DNA of 34,692 nt, from positions 1-34,692 of the IMG/VR virus record IMGVR_UViG_3300032281_000474; one strand, given 5' to 3'. The translations under genes were made by a program, and so were the position numbers. Shown piece after piece: positions 8,143 to 17,940 of this stretch (positions within the stretch are counted from its first letter, which is position 1; each line of letters begins with the position of its first letter). The stretch comes from a virus. Its lineage: Duplodnaviria; Caudoviricetes. A model generated the notes under the pieces. It ran no database searches and had not been told where the DNA came from. It worked only from the letters and a program-made list of their open reading frames with translations.

Positions 8143-11100
8143 AATCGTTATTTGCTATTTTCCAACCAAAATTTGCACCACTGTAAACTAAACTAAATCC
8201 TGCATTTTTAGTTGTTACATCCATATCTTCTGTTAGATTCATGATTTTTAAACCATTTCTTTTTACTATTAATTTATTTGTGTCAAAAGTACCTTTTTGA
8301 TCTAAGAAATATATAGTATCACCTATTGCCGGAGCACCAGGTAAATTTATAAAACATTGTGCAGTTGTAGTGTCTATTAAAAATCTATCATTGTTTGCTG
8401 ATGAAAAATTAGTTGAACCATCTCCTACTCTTGTAACAAATGGATTACCACCACCTAAACCTGTCCATACTGTGCCATTATATCCTTCAAAAATTGTTGT
8501 ATCAGTGTTAAATCTAAGTCCACCTGTAAACAAATTACCACCAGTAGGTCTCTCAGCTGTATTACCTGTTGGAGGAACCCATATACCCGTTCCTGCTTGA
8601 TCTCTTGTTAAATATCCTAACATAGCATATTCTGTTGGAATAGCCGTGTTACTATTACCTGATAATGTTTCGTCTGTTGAAAATTCATTAATTGTGGCAC
8701 CTAATTGAGCACCAATAGAACCAAGTTGTAATTCAGATAATCCTGAAAGATCAAAAGCGTCAGCATTTAAAGTTGCAATTCCTGTTGCTTGTTGAATACG
8801 GAATAAATCTCCTACTCTAAAATCTCCATCTTGGTCTGTAGAAACGAAATAAACACGGCCTCCGTTTAATTCATCTACTTCATCTGTTTGATCGGCAGGT
8901 TGTGTTGGAATTCCTGGATAATTTGTTGTAATTATATCGCCTGTACCTACATTTAAAAAATCGTGACCTGTTAATCGGACGTTAGAGTAATTAGATGTAA
9001 CTAAAATTGTATCATTTTCATTTATTGGTCCGTTTATTTGTGTAACACTGTCTGTTAAACGTATTGTAGCTGTACCTTGAGCATTGTTTTCTTCTGTTAC
9101 AGCATTTACACGATAATATGTTGCGTTGCCGGCAAATTTAACGTTTGATCCTATTTTTATTATATTAGAAGAAGTTAAAGCAGTTGTTCCTGATTTTACC
9201 GTTATTAAAGGACCTATTTGACCTATTTGTGCAGTAAGTGAACCGGCAGTTAGATCACCAAAAGTGGCATTTAAGGTAACTTGAAATGTTGAACCATTTT
9301 CTTTTGTAATAGTAACAATTTCACCTTTTCTAAAGTTGCCGCTTCTATTTCTAATGTGTAAATTATTTAAAGAAAGGTTATATCTAAAAAGTATAGCAGT
9401 AGCACCTGATATAGTACCTGTAACTGTAGCTGTACCAGAACCATTTGTAGAAATTGAATTTGAAATATCTGTAGCTGTAGCAGGTGATATAAAAGCTCCT
9501 GCGCCATTGGCAAATCTTATCATATCGCCTCGGCCTTGTACATTAATAGGTGTTTCTGCAACTAATTGACCATCAGCAACAGCACCATATTCTCCGTAAC
9601 AAGATGAACCGTTTAGACTTCTTATGAAACCACCTTCAGTACCATAATAAGATTTATTACAGAAATAAGTAAAACAAGAAACCATTTCTGCTCTACCATT
9701 ACCGTGACACCAAATACCTATACCATCAGAATTAATTTGTGTAAAGTGTGTACCTAAAATTGATTTATTACTTGCAGCGTTTGTGTGTAATAGTCCATCA
9801 ATTTTAATACCAACAGCGTTACTATTTAAAGATGTCATATCTTGTAGATATGGAGATTGAGTTAAAATTGCGCCTTCGGGGTCTAATGAAGTAACAACAG
9901 CACCACCAAAACCGGTGTTAGCACTTAAATGTGTAGAAGTACCTGTCATACCTCTTAATGTCATTAATCGTAAATTTGTACCATCATTTAATAACCACAT
10001 ATAAGAAGCATTGTTTGCTTCTAATGAGGCAACTGTAATTGTTAAAGTACCTGCACCGCCGCAACCTATAGCGGCAGCATTTATTGCTGCCGTATTTCCT
10101 ACTTCATAATTATAACCACCATGATAAACGCCTACAGCAGAAACAATACCACTTGCGATTGTTATATTTACTACAAGACCGGCGCCTGCGCCTGTAGATG
10201 TTGTTGGATGTTTATATTTGTAAGTACCATTCGTAGCACTTGAAATTGTAGATGAAGTTGTAATTGTAGCAATTGTAGATGAATTTCCCGTAGCAGGCCT
10301 TACCTCAACTGCTCGTAACGCTTCACCTCTTACAGATACTCCAGCAGGAACAATTAATGGTAATTGTTCTCTATATGAACCACCTTTTACCCATAATACA
10401 TCTCCGAATCCTACATTACCTACTGTTAAAATTAAGTTTGTTGCGCCACTTAAATAAGATGAACCTGTTATTGTAATTGTGTCGCCGACTGCATAATTTT
10501 TACCGCCATTAACTATTACTATATTGTTAAGAGTAATAGCAGATGAACCATCTTTTGTAACTTGAATGATTATACCTGTTCCTGAACCTGATGTTGATGT
10601 AATACTAACAGTAAATACACCTGCTGCACCTCCTGTGCCTCCTGAAAATGCTGAAAAATCTAAAACATCCTGTCTATTTGCAGCTGCAAGAGCGGCTTTA
10701 ATTGTTTTGTAAGGTAAAGTTTTTGAACCTGGATTATTATCGTTTCCACTATTTGAAACATATAATACGTTTTTACCACCTTCATCATATCTCCATTCAG
10801 GAATTGTTCCATTTGAAGTTAAAATTGAACCTGCAGGTCCCAAATCTAATCGTGAAGGTGCACCTGAAGCGTTTGTGAAAATCATATCACCAGCTTCAGA
10901 CATTACGTTGCCTTCATCGCCGACAGCTACTGTTTCCCAAACTGTTGCGTCTGTGCCTGGTGTTATACCGGTCTGTCTATCTTTTTTCTGTACGTAAGAT
11001 GTTCCTACGTGTCTTACAACTTCACCGATTAAATATGTTGTACCTGAGGAATATGCACCTTTAAATATAAATCCTGTAGATACTAAATTCCAATAAGATG

Positions 11101-11908
11101 AATTTACGGCACCCGTGGCCTGTACAGCTGGATATTGATTTGAATGGTTTGCATTTACTACGTAAGAATTTCCTCCGTAATTAACTACTTCTCCTACTTT
11201 GTAAGCAGTACCATGTGAGTATGCACCTGTAGGTTTGTAACCTGTTGTTACAACGTCCCAATATGCGTTATCAGTAGGTGTGTTACCCGCTGGTGTTTCT
11301 TGTATTGCAACGTAAGTATAACCACCGTAAGTTACTACATCGCCTGTTTGATAATTTGTAGCAGGATTATAACTATCTTCCCATTGTAAACCATCAGAAT
11401 AAACACTAAATTTTGTTTCATCAAAAGCTGAAGCACTTGCTGATGATGTGTGAGCTGTTGTACAAATCCAATGACCTGCACCGTACTTAACTATATCATT
11501 AACTTTGTAATATGTGCTTACTGCGTATGCACCTTTGTAATCTGTACCATCAGTATATAGTTGAAAATTTGCTGTGTCTAATATTGCTACACCAGCTACA
11601 GCGGCAGCTGATGTGTGTTGAGTTGAACAACGATATTGTCTTGATCCGTATTTTACAACATCATTTAATTTGTAATGTGTAGCGGCAGCATAAACACCTT
11701 TAAAAAATAAACCTTCTGTGTGTAACGACCATTTGGCAGCAGTTAAATCAGTGTAAAAATTTGGACTTGTAGATTGTGAAGTATGATTGACTATACAAAC
11801 GTATGAATTACCACCATACTTTACTATGTCGTCAATAACATAAGCTGTTGAGGTAGACCAGTCGCCTCGCCATTTAAATTTAATTCTACCTAATTGAAAA
11901 TCTGCCAT
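8141..11908 (-). CDS. Large tail fibre / virion structural protein
   Basis: 1255 aa. Six N-terminal CBM5/12-like repeats; VLYVSNSGNDNNPGSKTLPYKTIKAAL (typical entry to a pectin-lyase-like beta-helix); PTGNTAERP...LRFNTDT..FEGYNG fibre motif; gp34-like C-terminal domain. Confidence 0.85.
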   Translation of the reverse strand: MADFQLGRIKFKWRGDWSTSTAYVIDDIVKYGGNSYVCIVNHTSQSTSPNFYTDLTAAKWSLHTEGLFFKGVYAAATHYKLNDVVKYGSRQYRCSTQHTSAAAVAGVAILDTANFQLYTDGTDYKGAYAVSTYYKVNDIVKYGAGHWICTTAHTSSASASAFDETKFSVYSDGLQWEDSYNPATNYQTGDVVTYGGYTYVAIQETPAGNTPTDNAYWDVVTTGYKPTGAYSHGTAYKVGEVVNYGGNSYVVNANHSNQYPAVQATGAVNSSYWNLVSTGFIFKGAYSSGTTYLIGEVVRHVGTSYVQKKDRQTGITPGTDATVWETVAVGDEGNVMSEAGDMIFTNASGAPSRLDLGPAGSILTSNGTIPEWRYDEGGKNVLYVSNSGNDNNPGSKTLPYKTIKAALAAANRQDVLDFSAFSGGTGGAAGVFTVSITSTSGSGTGIIIQVTKDGSSAITLNNIVIVNGGKNYAVGDTITITGSSYLSGATNLILTVGNVGFGDVLWVKGGSYREQLPLIVPAGVSVRGEALRAVEVRPATGNSSTIATITTSSTISSATNGTYKYKHPTTSTGAGAGLVVNITIASGIVSAVGVYHGGYNYEVGNTAAINAAAIGCGGAGTLTITVASLEANNASYMWLLNDGTNLRLMTLRGMTGTSTHLSANTGFGGAVVTSLDPEGAILTQSPYLQDMTSLNSNAVGIKIDGLLHTNAASNKSILGTHFTQINSDGIGIWCHGNGRAEMVSCFTYFCNKSYYGTEGGFIRSLNGSSCYGEYGAVADGQLVAETPINVQGRGDMIRFANGAGAFISPATATDISNSISTNGSGTATVTGTISGATAILFRYNLSLNNLHIRNRSGNFRKGEIVTITKENGSTFQVTLNATFGDLTAGSLTAQIGQIGPLITVKSGTTALTSSNIIKIGSNVKFAGNATYYRVNAVTEENNAQGTATIRLTDSVTQINGPINENDTILVTSNYSNVRLTGHDFLNVGTGDIITTNYPGIPTQPADQTDEVDELNGGRVYFVSTDQDGDFRVGDLFRIQQATGIATLNADAFDLSGLSELQLGSIGAQLGATINEFSTDETLSGNSNTAIPTEYAMLGYLTRDQAGTGIWVPPTGNTAERPTGGNLFTGGLRFNTDTTIFEGYNGTVWTGLGGGNPFVTRVGDGSTNFSSANNDRFLIDTTTAQCFINLPGAPAIGDTIYFLDQKGTFDTNKLIVKRNGLKIMNLTEDMDVTTKNAGFSLVYSGANFGWKIANND
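10930..11875 (-). repeat. Six ~50-aa carbohydrate-binding-like protein repeats
   Basis: Consensus [FYW]xGxYxxxTxYxxxD/EVVxYGxxxYxxxxxH seen six times in the translation; boundaries approximate. Confidence 0.8.
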
Positions 11909-11931
11909 AATTGAATTTTATTTTTATCCTA

Positions 11932-11939
11932 TATTTATA
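11932..11939 (-). promoter_or_regulatory. T4-type late promoter TATAAATA
   Basis: Exact match in the intergenic gap, followed by GGA and the ATG at 11908. Confidence 0.8.
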
Positions 11940-11952
11940 AACATTTTTTAGT

Positions 11953-12561
11953 TTAGATGCTCCAAGAAGTATTATTTACTGTAGCAGTCGATTCAAAGGT
12001 ATTAAAATTATCACTCGCTAATGGTGTTCTAGCTACAGGCTTATTTTCTCTCCTAACCAAATATCCATCACTATTTATAAGATAACTTGACTTCGAATCG
12101 TATGTAAACTGTTGAAATTTATCACTATCGTTATTAAAATATCTTTTTTTATTTTGATAAACCGTTATTAAACTACCATTAGCAGGAGCAAGAAACAGTG
12201 TAAGGGTTGTACCTGAAAAATTATAATCAGTAAACGCTGATTTTTCTATGCCTCCTACAAAGACGGATATCATAGAAAGAGTTAAACCTAATGTACTTAT
12301 TGTAAAAGTTGTTGTTGTACCATCACCTGTAAAATTTTGCCCATTAAAGTACTCTTTTCTATCAAATACGTAATTTGTTTCATCCGTAGGAACTAAATCA
12401 GATTTACCTTCTTCAAAAAATAATGAAACACTAATTACTTCTGAACTTTTTTGTCTATCGATAGAGGTTAAGTATAACATTCCATCAACCGTTCTTCTTA
12501 AACCGTTAAAATTTTTTAATTTAGGAACTGTTACTGAAGATTGAGGTATAATATAAGCCAT
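11953..12561 (-). CDS. Putative virion structural protein
   Basis: FTGDGTTTTFTI...VFVGG...DYNFSGTTLTLFLAPANGS module, common in baseplate/fibre proteins of aquatic T4-like phages. Confidence 0.65.
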   Translation of the reverse strand: MAYIIPQSSVTVPKLKNFNGLRRTVDGMLYLTSIDRQKSSEVISVSLFFEEGKSDLVPTDETNYVFDRKEYFNGQNFTGDGTTTTFTISTLGLTLSMISVFVGGIEKSAFTDYNFSGTTLTLFLAPANGSLITVYQNKKRYFNNDSDKFQQFTYDSKSSYLINSDGYLVRRENKPVARTPLASDNFNTFESTATVNNTSWSI

Positions 12562-12908
12562 TATGTAATCTCCAATACACTAGCAAAAGCTTCAACTGAT
12601 GGTGAAGTTGAGTCTTGATTTAATTGTGCAACAATTCTAACAATATCGTTTGCTTCTAAATTTACAGGTTTATCTAAAACTAAAGTGTTGTTTGTACTTA
12701 TTTCTAAAGATTTTCCTATATGATAAAAAGTTGTACCGCCATCTGTTGTAACTTTTACATCAACGAAAGCATCATTATTAGCACTATTATTTGATACGTA
12801 TAGGGCATGAATAACAGCAGTTGTAGCTGGTGGGCAAGTGTAAAAATTCGCACTTGAATTATCGTTAGTAACGATTGTCATACCTGCATTTTTAAAAGTA
12901 CTAGCCAT
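12561..12908 (-). CDS. Small beta-rich virion-associated protein
   Basis: MASTFKNA...YTCP..TTAVI..LYVSN...LEANDIV...SVLEIT pattern, typical of aquatic phage fibre regions; TAATG coupling to the next gene. Confidence 0.6.
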   Translation of the reverse strand: MASTFKNAGMTIVTNDNSSANFYTCPPATTAVIHALYVSNNSANNDAFVDVKVTTDGGTTFYHIGKSLEISTNNTLVLDKPVNLEANDIVRIVAQLNQDSTSPSVEAFASVLEIT

Positions 12909-12916
12909 TTTTTAAT

Positions 12917-13306
12917 TTATCCTCCGAAAACAATTGACAAAGCTAACGCATCATCAACTGTTGCTACGGTACCTGATTGGTCAGGTAAAGTTATTATTCT
13001 GTCTTGTGTTGGTTCAGCTGCTGTTATTGATGTTTCGTAAGCATTTGCTATATTTCCTTCAAATATTAAATTAGCGCCTTGATCAAGTATAATACTATTT
13101 GTTGTAACAGCACTAATATCCGTAACACCTTGAAGTGTAACGGCACCGGCACCTCCAACTTCTTTTACAGTATTAGTATTATCTTTAGTAAAAAACTTAC
13201 CATCAGCTATATTTAATACCAATTCACCGATTTCAATATCATTAGCTGCAGGAATGGAAGCTGGTACTAGCGACCGTCTAGGTTTAATTACTGTTTGTAC
13301 AGGCAT
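12917..13306 (-). CDS. Short fibre-like protein with Mtd N-terminal-like domain
   Basis: IKPRRS...P....IGELVLNIADGKFF (fibre N-terminal motif); FEG..ANAYET...PTQDRIITLPDQSGTV module shared with 25485..26873. Confidence 0.65.
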   Translation of the reverse strand: MPVQTVIKPRRSLVPASIPAANDIEIGELVLNIADGKFFTKDNTNTVKEVGGAGAVTLQGVTDISAVTTNSIILDQGANLIFEGNIANAYETSITAAEPTQDRIITLPDQSGTVATVDDALALSIVFGG

Positions 13307-13312
13307 GGTTAA

Positions 13313-13453
13313 TTACTTTCTTAAAATATTTTTTAATTTATCTATGAATTTGTAATTAACTTTTTCGTCTTTTTTGCCAAAACTATAACCGATTATAAAT
13401 GAACCGGCCATAACTGAAAGTATTGCTATAATATGCCAAGCTAAAAATGCCAT
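13313..13453 (-). CDS. 46-aa single-pass membrane protein (not in the ORF track)
   Basis: My translation: MAFLAWHIIAILSVMAGSFIIGYSFGKKDEKVNYKFIDKLKNILRK*. The ATG overlaps the upstream stop (TAATG) and the ORF fills the 13306-13453 gap. Confidence 0.75.
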   Translation of the reverse strand: MAFLAWHIIAILSVMAGSFIIGYSFGKKDEKVNYKFIDKLKNILRK

Positions 13454-15171
13454 TAATATGTTCCTCCGTCTATTGTTGTTATTGCTACTGAACCACTTGT
13501 TACTGTAAAATTTGCTACAGGAAAGAAAGCAACACCTGCATTTGATGAAGTTGCTAATTCTCCTATGATGTTAATTGTATTTCCTGAAATTGTTGTATCG
13601 ATACCTTCGCCAGCATTTATTCTTAAAGTTTGATTTAAGTTAATTTGTGCAACTGTAGAAGTTTCGTCTGATATAAAAAAGAAAGGTGATGCTAATTTAG
13701 ATGTAGCAATACTTCCTGCTAACATAGAATTTGTAATGCCTAAAGCTTTTACTTGTAATTTATCCGCTACAACTTCTATTGAAGTATTATCTACTTCAAC
13801 ATCTAATTGATTACCTATTTTTGATAATGCTGCACCTGCTATAACTTGACCAGCACCAGAAAATTGTGATACTGGTAATTTTGTTGTACCTATTGTTGGT
13901 AAACCATCGTGTGTAAATACATAACCATTATCGCCGTTTAATGTACCTTGTGCTACGAATACGAATGTACCGCCACTTAAATCGGTTGAGGTATCAGCAT
14001 CGTCTGCTCTTGTCCATACAGTTGATGAGGTTCTTACATAGATACCGTTATAAGCATCAAAATTACCTGCAGTTGGTTCATTCTTTACTAAAATTCTATC
14101 GCCGTTTGTTAAAGCTATATCGTCAACTGTTGTAACAGCAGTAGAAAAAGTTAATGTAGCACCTACACCCGCTGTACCATTATTATATGTGTAAACTCCT
14201 AAAGGACCAGTAGTTGCAACTTTTGCTCCATCTTTAACATCTAATCCTTGTGATGTTGCGTCAACATATTCTTTTGTTGCAAGTGATGTTGTTCCAAAAC
14301 CTGCACGGTCTTTATATCCAGCAGGAACTGTAACTGTTCCTGTTCCGTGTGGTGATAATGCAATATCCTTATTTGCTGTTGTAGTAGCAATTGATTGGCC
14401 ATTAATTGTAATGTCATCTACTACTAAAGATGTAATGCCTGAAAGGTCAGTAGTTGCCGCAGCACCTAATGTAATTGTTTGAGCACCAATTGCAACTGAA
14501 GGATTTGCTAATTTTACGTTTGTAACACCAGCATTTGTTAATTGTGTTGTGCCAATTGACTCATTAATAATACTAAAATCTACTCTATTGTTTACAACAC
14601 CAACAGCTGTTGCGATTTGATTACTACCATTGAAATCTAAAGTTTCGTTTGTATTAAATTGGTCTGTACCTGTATCGCCTGTAATTGTAAAATTAGAATA
14701 GACAGTTTCAAATGCTAAATTTCCTGAACCATCTGTTTTTAAAAACTGGCCTGGTGTGCCTGTTACTAGGGGTAAAGTTAAAGTGTAAGGACCTGCAAGT
14801 AAATTAGGCGCTTTAATTGTAATAGAATCGGTACCGTTACTTGTTGCTTCGTTAAATTTAATTCCACCACCAACTGATGAATTATTACCTACAATTAATT
14901 CGTCTATTGCTTTGTTTGCATCCACAAGTATAGCAGATGAAGCAGTTAAAGTTCCGTGAACGTGGTCTAATAAAGCAGTAAAATATTTACCGCCAATAAC
15001 CTCTTGTGCTGAAGCAAGACCGCCTACTAGAGGACCTACACCAATGTAAAGTCTATCACCACCATTTCCTTGTGTACCTGCTACGTATGTATAAGCTAAT
15101 TCTCCTATTAAACTTGTAGCGGGAGGAGAAGCATTTACCGAGGATGTTTTTATCTTAATTATAGTTGACAT
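13453..15171 (-). CDS. Tail fibre protein
   Basis: 572 aa, T/G/A/V-rich; IKIK...GELAY N-terminus, ATKEYVD..QGLDVK, GDRILVKN...NGIY..W.RA.DAD fibre motifs; ends IDGGTY. Confidence 0.8.
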   Translation of the reverse strand: MSTIIKIKTSSVNASPPATSLIGELAYTYVAGTQGNGGDRLYIGVGPLVGGLASAQEVIGGKYFTALLDHVHGTLTASSAILVDANKAIDELIVGNNSSVGGGIKFNEATSNGTDSITIKAPNLLAGPYTLTLPLVTGTPGQFLKTDGSGNLAFETVYSNFTITGDTGTDQFNTNETLDFNGSNQIATAVGVVNNRVDFSIINESIGTTQLTNAGVTNVKLANPSVAIGAQTITLGAAATTDLSGITSLVVDDITINGQSIATTTANKDIALSPHGTGTVTVPAGYKDRAGFGTTSLATKEYVDATSQGLDVKDGAKVATTGPLGVYTYNNGTAGVGATLTFSTAVTTVDDIALTNGDRILVKNEPTAGNFDAYNGIYVRTSSTVWTRADDADTSTDLSGGTFVFVAQGTLNGDNGYVFTHDGLPTIGTTKLPVSQFSGAGQVIAGAALSKIGNQLDVEVDNTSIEVVADKLQVKALGITNSMLAGSIATSKLASPFFFISDETSTVAQINLNQTLRINAGEGIDTTISGNTINIIGELATSSNAGVAFFPVANFTVTSGSVAITTIDGGTY

Positions 15172-15174
15172 CTA

Positions 15175-15429
15175 TTAATATTCTCCACCGTTCAGTGTTA
15201 AATTTCCTGTTGTTGTAATAATGTTTGTTCTTGTAACAAACTTTTGGTCACTTGCTCTATACTGTAAAAGAGAACCATCATTTAGGCCTTCGGTAGTTGT
15301 ATCTACATCGCCTAATAATTTTAGTTGTAATGAACTGTTTTGTATTGCACCAGTGGATGGTATCGTTACCGATACTTTTTGTGGTCCAGCTGATGTTGAT
15401 GAACTGATACGAGCAGTTATGTTAGCCAT
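15175..15429 (-). CDS. Small fibre-associated protein
   Basis: L.DVD.....DGSLLQY....KFV fibre repeat; ends LNGGEY. Confidence 0.65.
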   Translation of the reverse strand: MANITARISSSTSAGPQKVSVTIPSTGAIQNSSLQLKLLGDVDTTTEGLNDGSLLQYRASDQKFVTRTNIITTTGNLTLNGGEY

Positions 15430-15450
15430 TAAATCTCTCTCTTTTACCTA

Positions 15451-15458
15451 TATTTATA
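15451..15458 (-). promoter_or_regulatory. T4-type late promoter TATAAATA
   Basis: Exact match in the intergenic gap upstream of the ATG at 15429. Confidence 0.75.
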
Positions 15459-15485
15459 TTAAATCTAATTTATAATATAGAATAA

Positions 15486-15827
15486 TTATGCAGTGGTTAC
15501 TTCAGGTCTTACCGTTATAATACCTTCTAAAACTCTTGTTACCACACCGGCAGCAGAAGTTACTTCAACGTCATAAACGTATCTTTCTGGATCTAATGCG
15601 GCCGTTTGATTGGCCGTTAAGGAAATCGTTAAAACGCCAGTCGTTCTATCATTAGCAAATGTTACAGTTATTGCTGTTCTTGTTCTTGTAGATGAATAAC
15701 CTTTAGCTAATTTAGATGCAGCAGTATATCCCGTCAAATCAAACACGGCACCTGTTATATCTTTTACAGTTACGTCAGACGTAAATGTTGCGCCTTGATC
15801 TATTGATAGATTTGCTACAGCTGCCAT
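15486..15827 (-). CDS. Conserved virion protein (Ig-like/BppU-N-like adaptor)
   Basis: NLxIDQGATF...DLTGYT...G.LTISLTA.QT..L...RYVYDVE...RVLEG.I.V.P pattern, common in T4-like aquatic phages. Confidence 0.7.
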   Translation of the reverse strand: MAAVANLSIDQGATFTSDVTVKDITGAVFDLTGYTAASKLAKGYSSTRTRTAITVTFANDRTTGVLTISLTANQTAALDPERYVYDVEVTSAAGVVTRVLEGIITVRPEVTTA

Positions 15828-16046
15828 TTATTTTTTTTCTGTAATTTCTTTAGTTTCCGTAACTTCTATGTTTAATTCTTCTATTATTTTATTGTTATAA
15901 TATTCTGTTAAAACGTCTATTTTTTCAATCTCAATAAGTAATCTTGTCTTATTAGCTTGTATTTCCTGTCTTGCTATGATGTAATTCTTCAATTTATCAC
16001 TGAACTTTGTTTCATCATATTCCTTACCATTTATTGTAATCGCCAT
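15828..16046 (-). CDS. Small coiled-coil hypothetical protein
   Basis: MAITINGKEYDE... followed by an amphipathic helix; GGAG RBS just upstream of ATG 16046, preferred over GTG 16052. Confidence 0.7.
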   Translation of the reverse strand: MAITINGKEYDETKFSDKLKNYIIARQEIQANKTRLLIEIEKIDVLTEYYNNKIIEELNIEVTETKEITEKK

Positions 16047-16067
16047 ATTCACTCCTTTTTCTTGTTA

Positions 16068-16075
16068 TATTTATA
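16068..16075 (-). promoter_or_regulatory. T4-type late promoter TATAAATA
   Basis: Exact match overlapping the stop of 16071..16466, upstream of the RBS/ATG at 16046; marks the return to structural genes. Confidence 0.7.
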
Positions 16076-16466
16076 TAAAAAATTCAACCCTATAATAATT
16101 TCTTATATCTGGCACTATGCCTTTATTTTCATTGAAAGGCATAATTTTCTTTAGTATTTCGTCATAAGTATAAGTATCTTCGTCATACGTTTTAAAGTAT
16201 GGATCATTACCATATAACAAATTCTTATCGTTTAATAATTCTATAAAATCTTCTTTAAAGTCTTTAGATAACCAATGTGCATAACATATAGCTACTACGT
16301 AACTTTTAGAAGGATAAACAAATCCCATATCTTTATCATAAAAATACTTTACAGCATTTTCTATTATGTCTTTAGAAAATTCTACTTTAATCTTATTTAA
16401 ATCGTCAGTGTGTTCGTCATTCAATTTATGATATAACGCTTGCCTGACTTTCCATTCTTTTATCAT
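16071..16466 (-). CDS. Hypothetical protein, last gene of the rSAM operon
   Basis: 131-aa ORF overlapping the rSAM gene end by 41 nt; no recognised motif. Confidence 0.65.
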   Translation of the reverse strand: MIKEWKVRQALYHKLNDEHTDDLNKIKVEFSKDIIENAVKYFYDKDMGFVYPSKSYVVAICYAHWLSKDFKEDFIELLNDKNLLYGNDPYFKTYDEDTYTYDEILKKIMPFNENKGIVPDIRNYYRVEFFI

Positions 16467-17370
16467 AGTAATCTAATAGTCCTTTATATCCATTACAACT
16501 GTTATTCAAATCTTTTACATAACGATAGTGTTCTGTTAAACAATGTCCATAGTATTTACAACTCTTACAAATGTCAGATATATTTTTTAATGGTTCATTG
16601 TCTGCCCATTTTAAATAATCTTTAAACGATTGCAATTCTAAAAAGTATTCTTTATCGTTTTTATCAAACTCTAATACACCAAAGTTTCCATTCGGTGTTA
16701 TGTAAACATGATTATTTGAAAATGCGTTATACTCTTTTTTTAAACTCTTAATTATTTTACCTTCATTTATAAAATCAAATTTTTTCTTTACATCACTTTC
16801 AATCCACTTCTGTACAAATAATTCAAAATCTTTATGTGTTACAGGTTGATTGTTTGCCTGATTTATTGAGTAAGGTTTTATCTCTACACTTTCAATACTA
16901 GAGCAAAGATTTAACTTATGTATCATTTCATCTACATTCATATTTAATACTTTTTCACTTGCTAATATTAAAACGGCTATAGGCACTGTACTTTGAAACA
17001 TATTGTTATAAACTAAATCAGATTTTTCTCGTGCATCAAAGTCATAACTTACACTTAAATAATAATCATCTTTAAAAAATCCTTCGTGCAACATAGAATA
17101 GTTTGTTATAATGTTTATTTTATCTTTATAATATTTTCTTATAATATCTTTAAGGCCGTAAAAATAATCTTTTTTTAAAGCACCTATCTCTCCTCCATAT
17201 AAATCAATCCATTCTATAACTCTTACTTTACTAATTTCTTTTAATTTTTTATCTAATATAGCCAAGGGGATTTGTTTTTGGTCGCCTAATTGTTGAGAGG
17301 TTAGATAACAAAAGTTGCATCTAAAATTACAAAAGTAACTAGGATTTATAGAAACAGTTATTTTATTCAT
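16426..17370 (-). CDS. Radical SAM protein with partial SPASM-like C-terminus (rSAM-4)
   Basis: CNFRCNFC (CxxxCxxC), YGGE, ITN; C-terminal CKSCKYYGHCLTEH...CNG. Confidence 0.9.
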   Translation of the reverse strand: MNKITVSINPSYFCNFRCNFCYLTSQQLGDQKQIPLAILDKKLKEISKVRVIEWIDLYGGEIGALKKDYFYGLKDIIRKYYKDKINIITNYSMLHEGFFKDDYYLSVSYDFDAREKSDLVYNNMFQSTVPIAVLILASEKVLNMNVDEMIHKLNLCSSIESVEIKPYSINQANNQPVTHKDFELFVQKWIESDVKKKFDFINEGKIIKSLKKEYNAFSNNHVYITPNGNFGVLEFDKNDKEYFLELQSFKDYLKWADNEPLKNISDICKSCKYYGHCLTEHYRYVKDLNNSCNGYKGLLDYYDKRMESQASVIS

Positions 17371-17940
17371 TTAATATAATATTAAATCTACTGGCATAGC
17401 CAATCTTATTTTACCGTAAAAGGTTTTTACATTATGATATAAGAAACTAGGAAAAATTATAAATTGTCCAGTTTTAGGTGTTATGGTTTTATTATTAAAC
17501 CATTTATTATATTCCTCTTTATATCCTCTATTTGCATTAAATCTAGGGTCTTGTAATACTAATTCACCACCTTTATCGTTTTCTTCACAAAGTAAATAAA
17601 ATACAGCACTTAAATAAGAACCTGAATGATTGTGCAAAGGCATAGAATAAGAAAATCCCTTGCCTGTAATCCATGCTTTTAAATGATATTTTTTTTCTTT
17701 TAAACTTAACTCAAATTCTTTCTTGTAAAACTCATCAAAAGCAGGTATTATTACATTATCTTTAAACTCTAATAGATTTTTATTTTCTAAAATGTTTTCA
17801 TTTATTAAATTAGATTTTACTTTAATTTCATCACCATAATTAGATAATATGTAATTAGAAGTTTTTTCTAATAAAACCTTATTAGACACATTACCGTTAA
17901 AAACAGGTGTGGGCCAACAATAATTAAATCCTTCTTTCAC
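17371..17940 (-). CDS. Putative 2OG-Fe(II) oxygenase (TIGR02466-like)
   Basis: AWI...HNHSGSYLSAVFYL...GGEL.LQDPR...IIFPSFLYHNV...R; GTG start in a GTGA overlap. Confidence 0.85.
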   Translation of the reverse strand: MKEGFNYCWPTPVFNGNVSNKVLLEKTSNYILSNYGDEIKVKSNLINENILENKNLLEFKDNVIIPAFDEFYKKEFELSLKEKKYHLKAWITGKGFSYSMPLHNHSGSYLSAVFYLLCEENDKGGELVLQDPRFNANRGYKEEYNKWFNNKTITPKTGQFIIFPSFLYHNVKTFYGKIRLAMPVDLILY

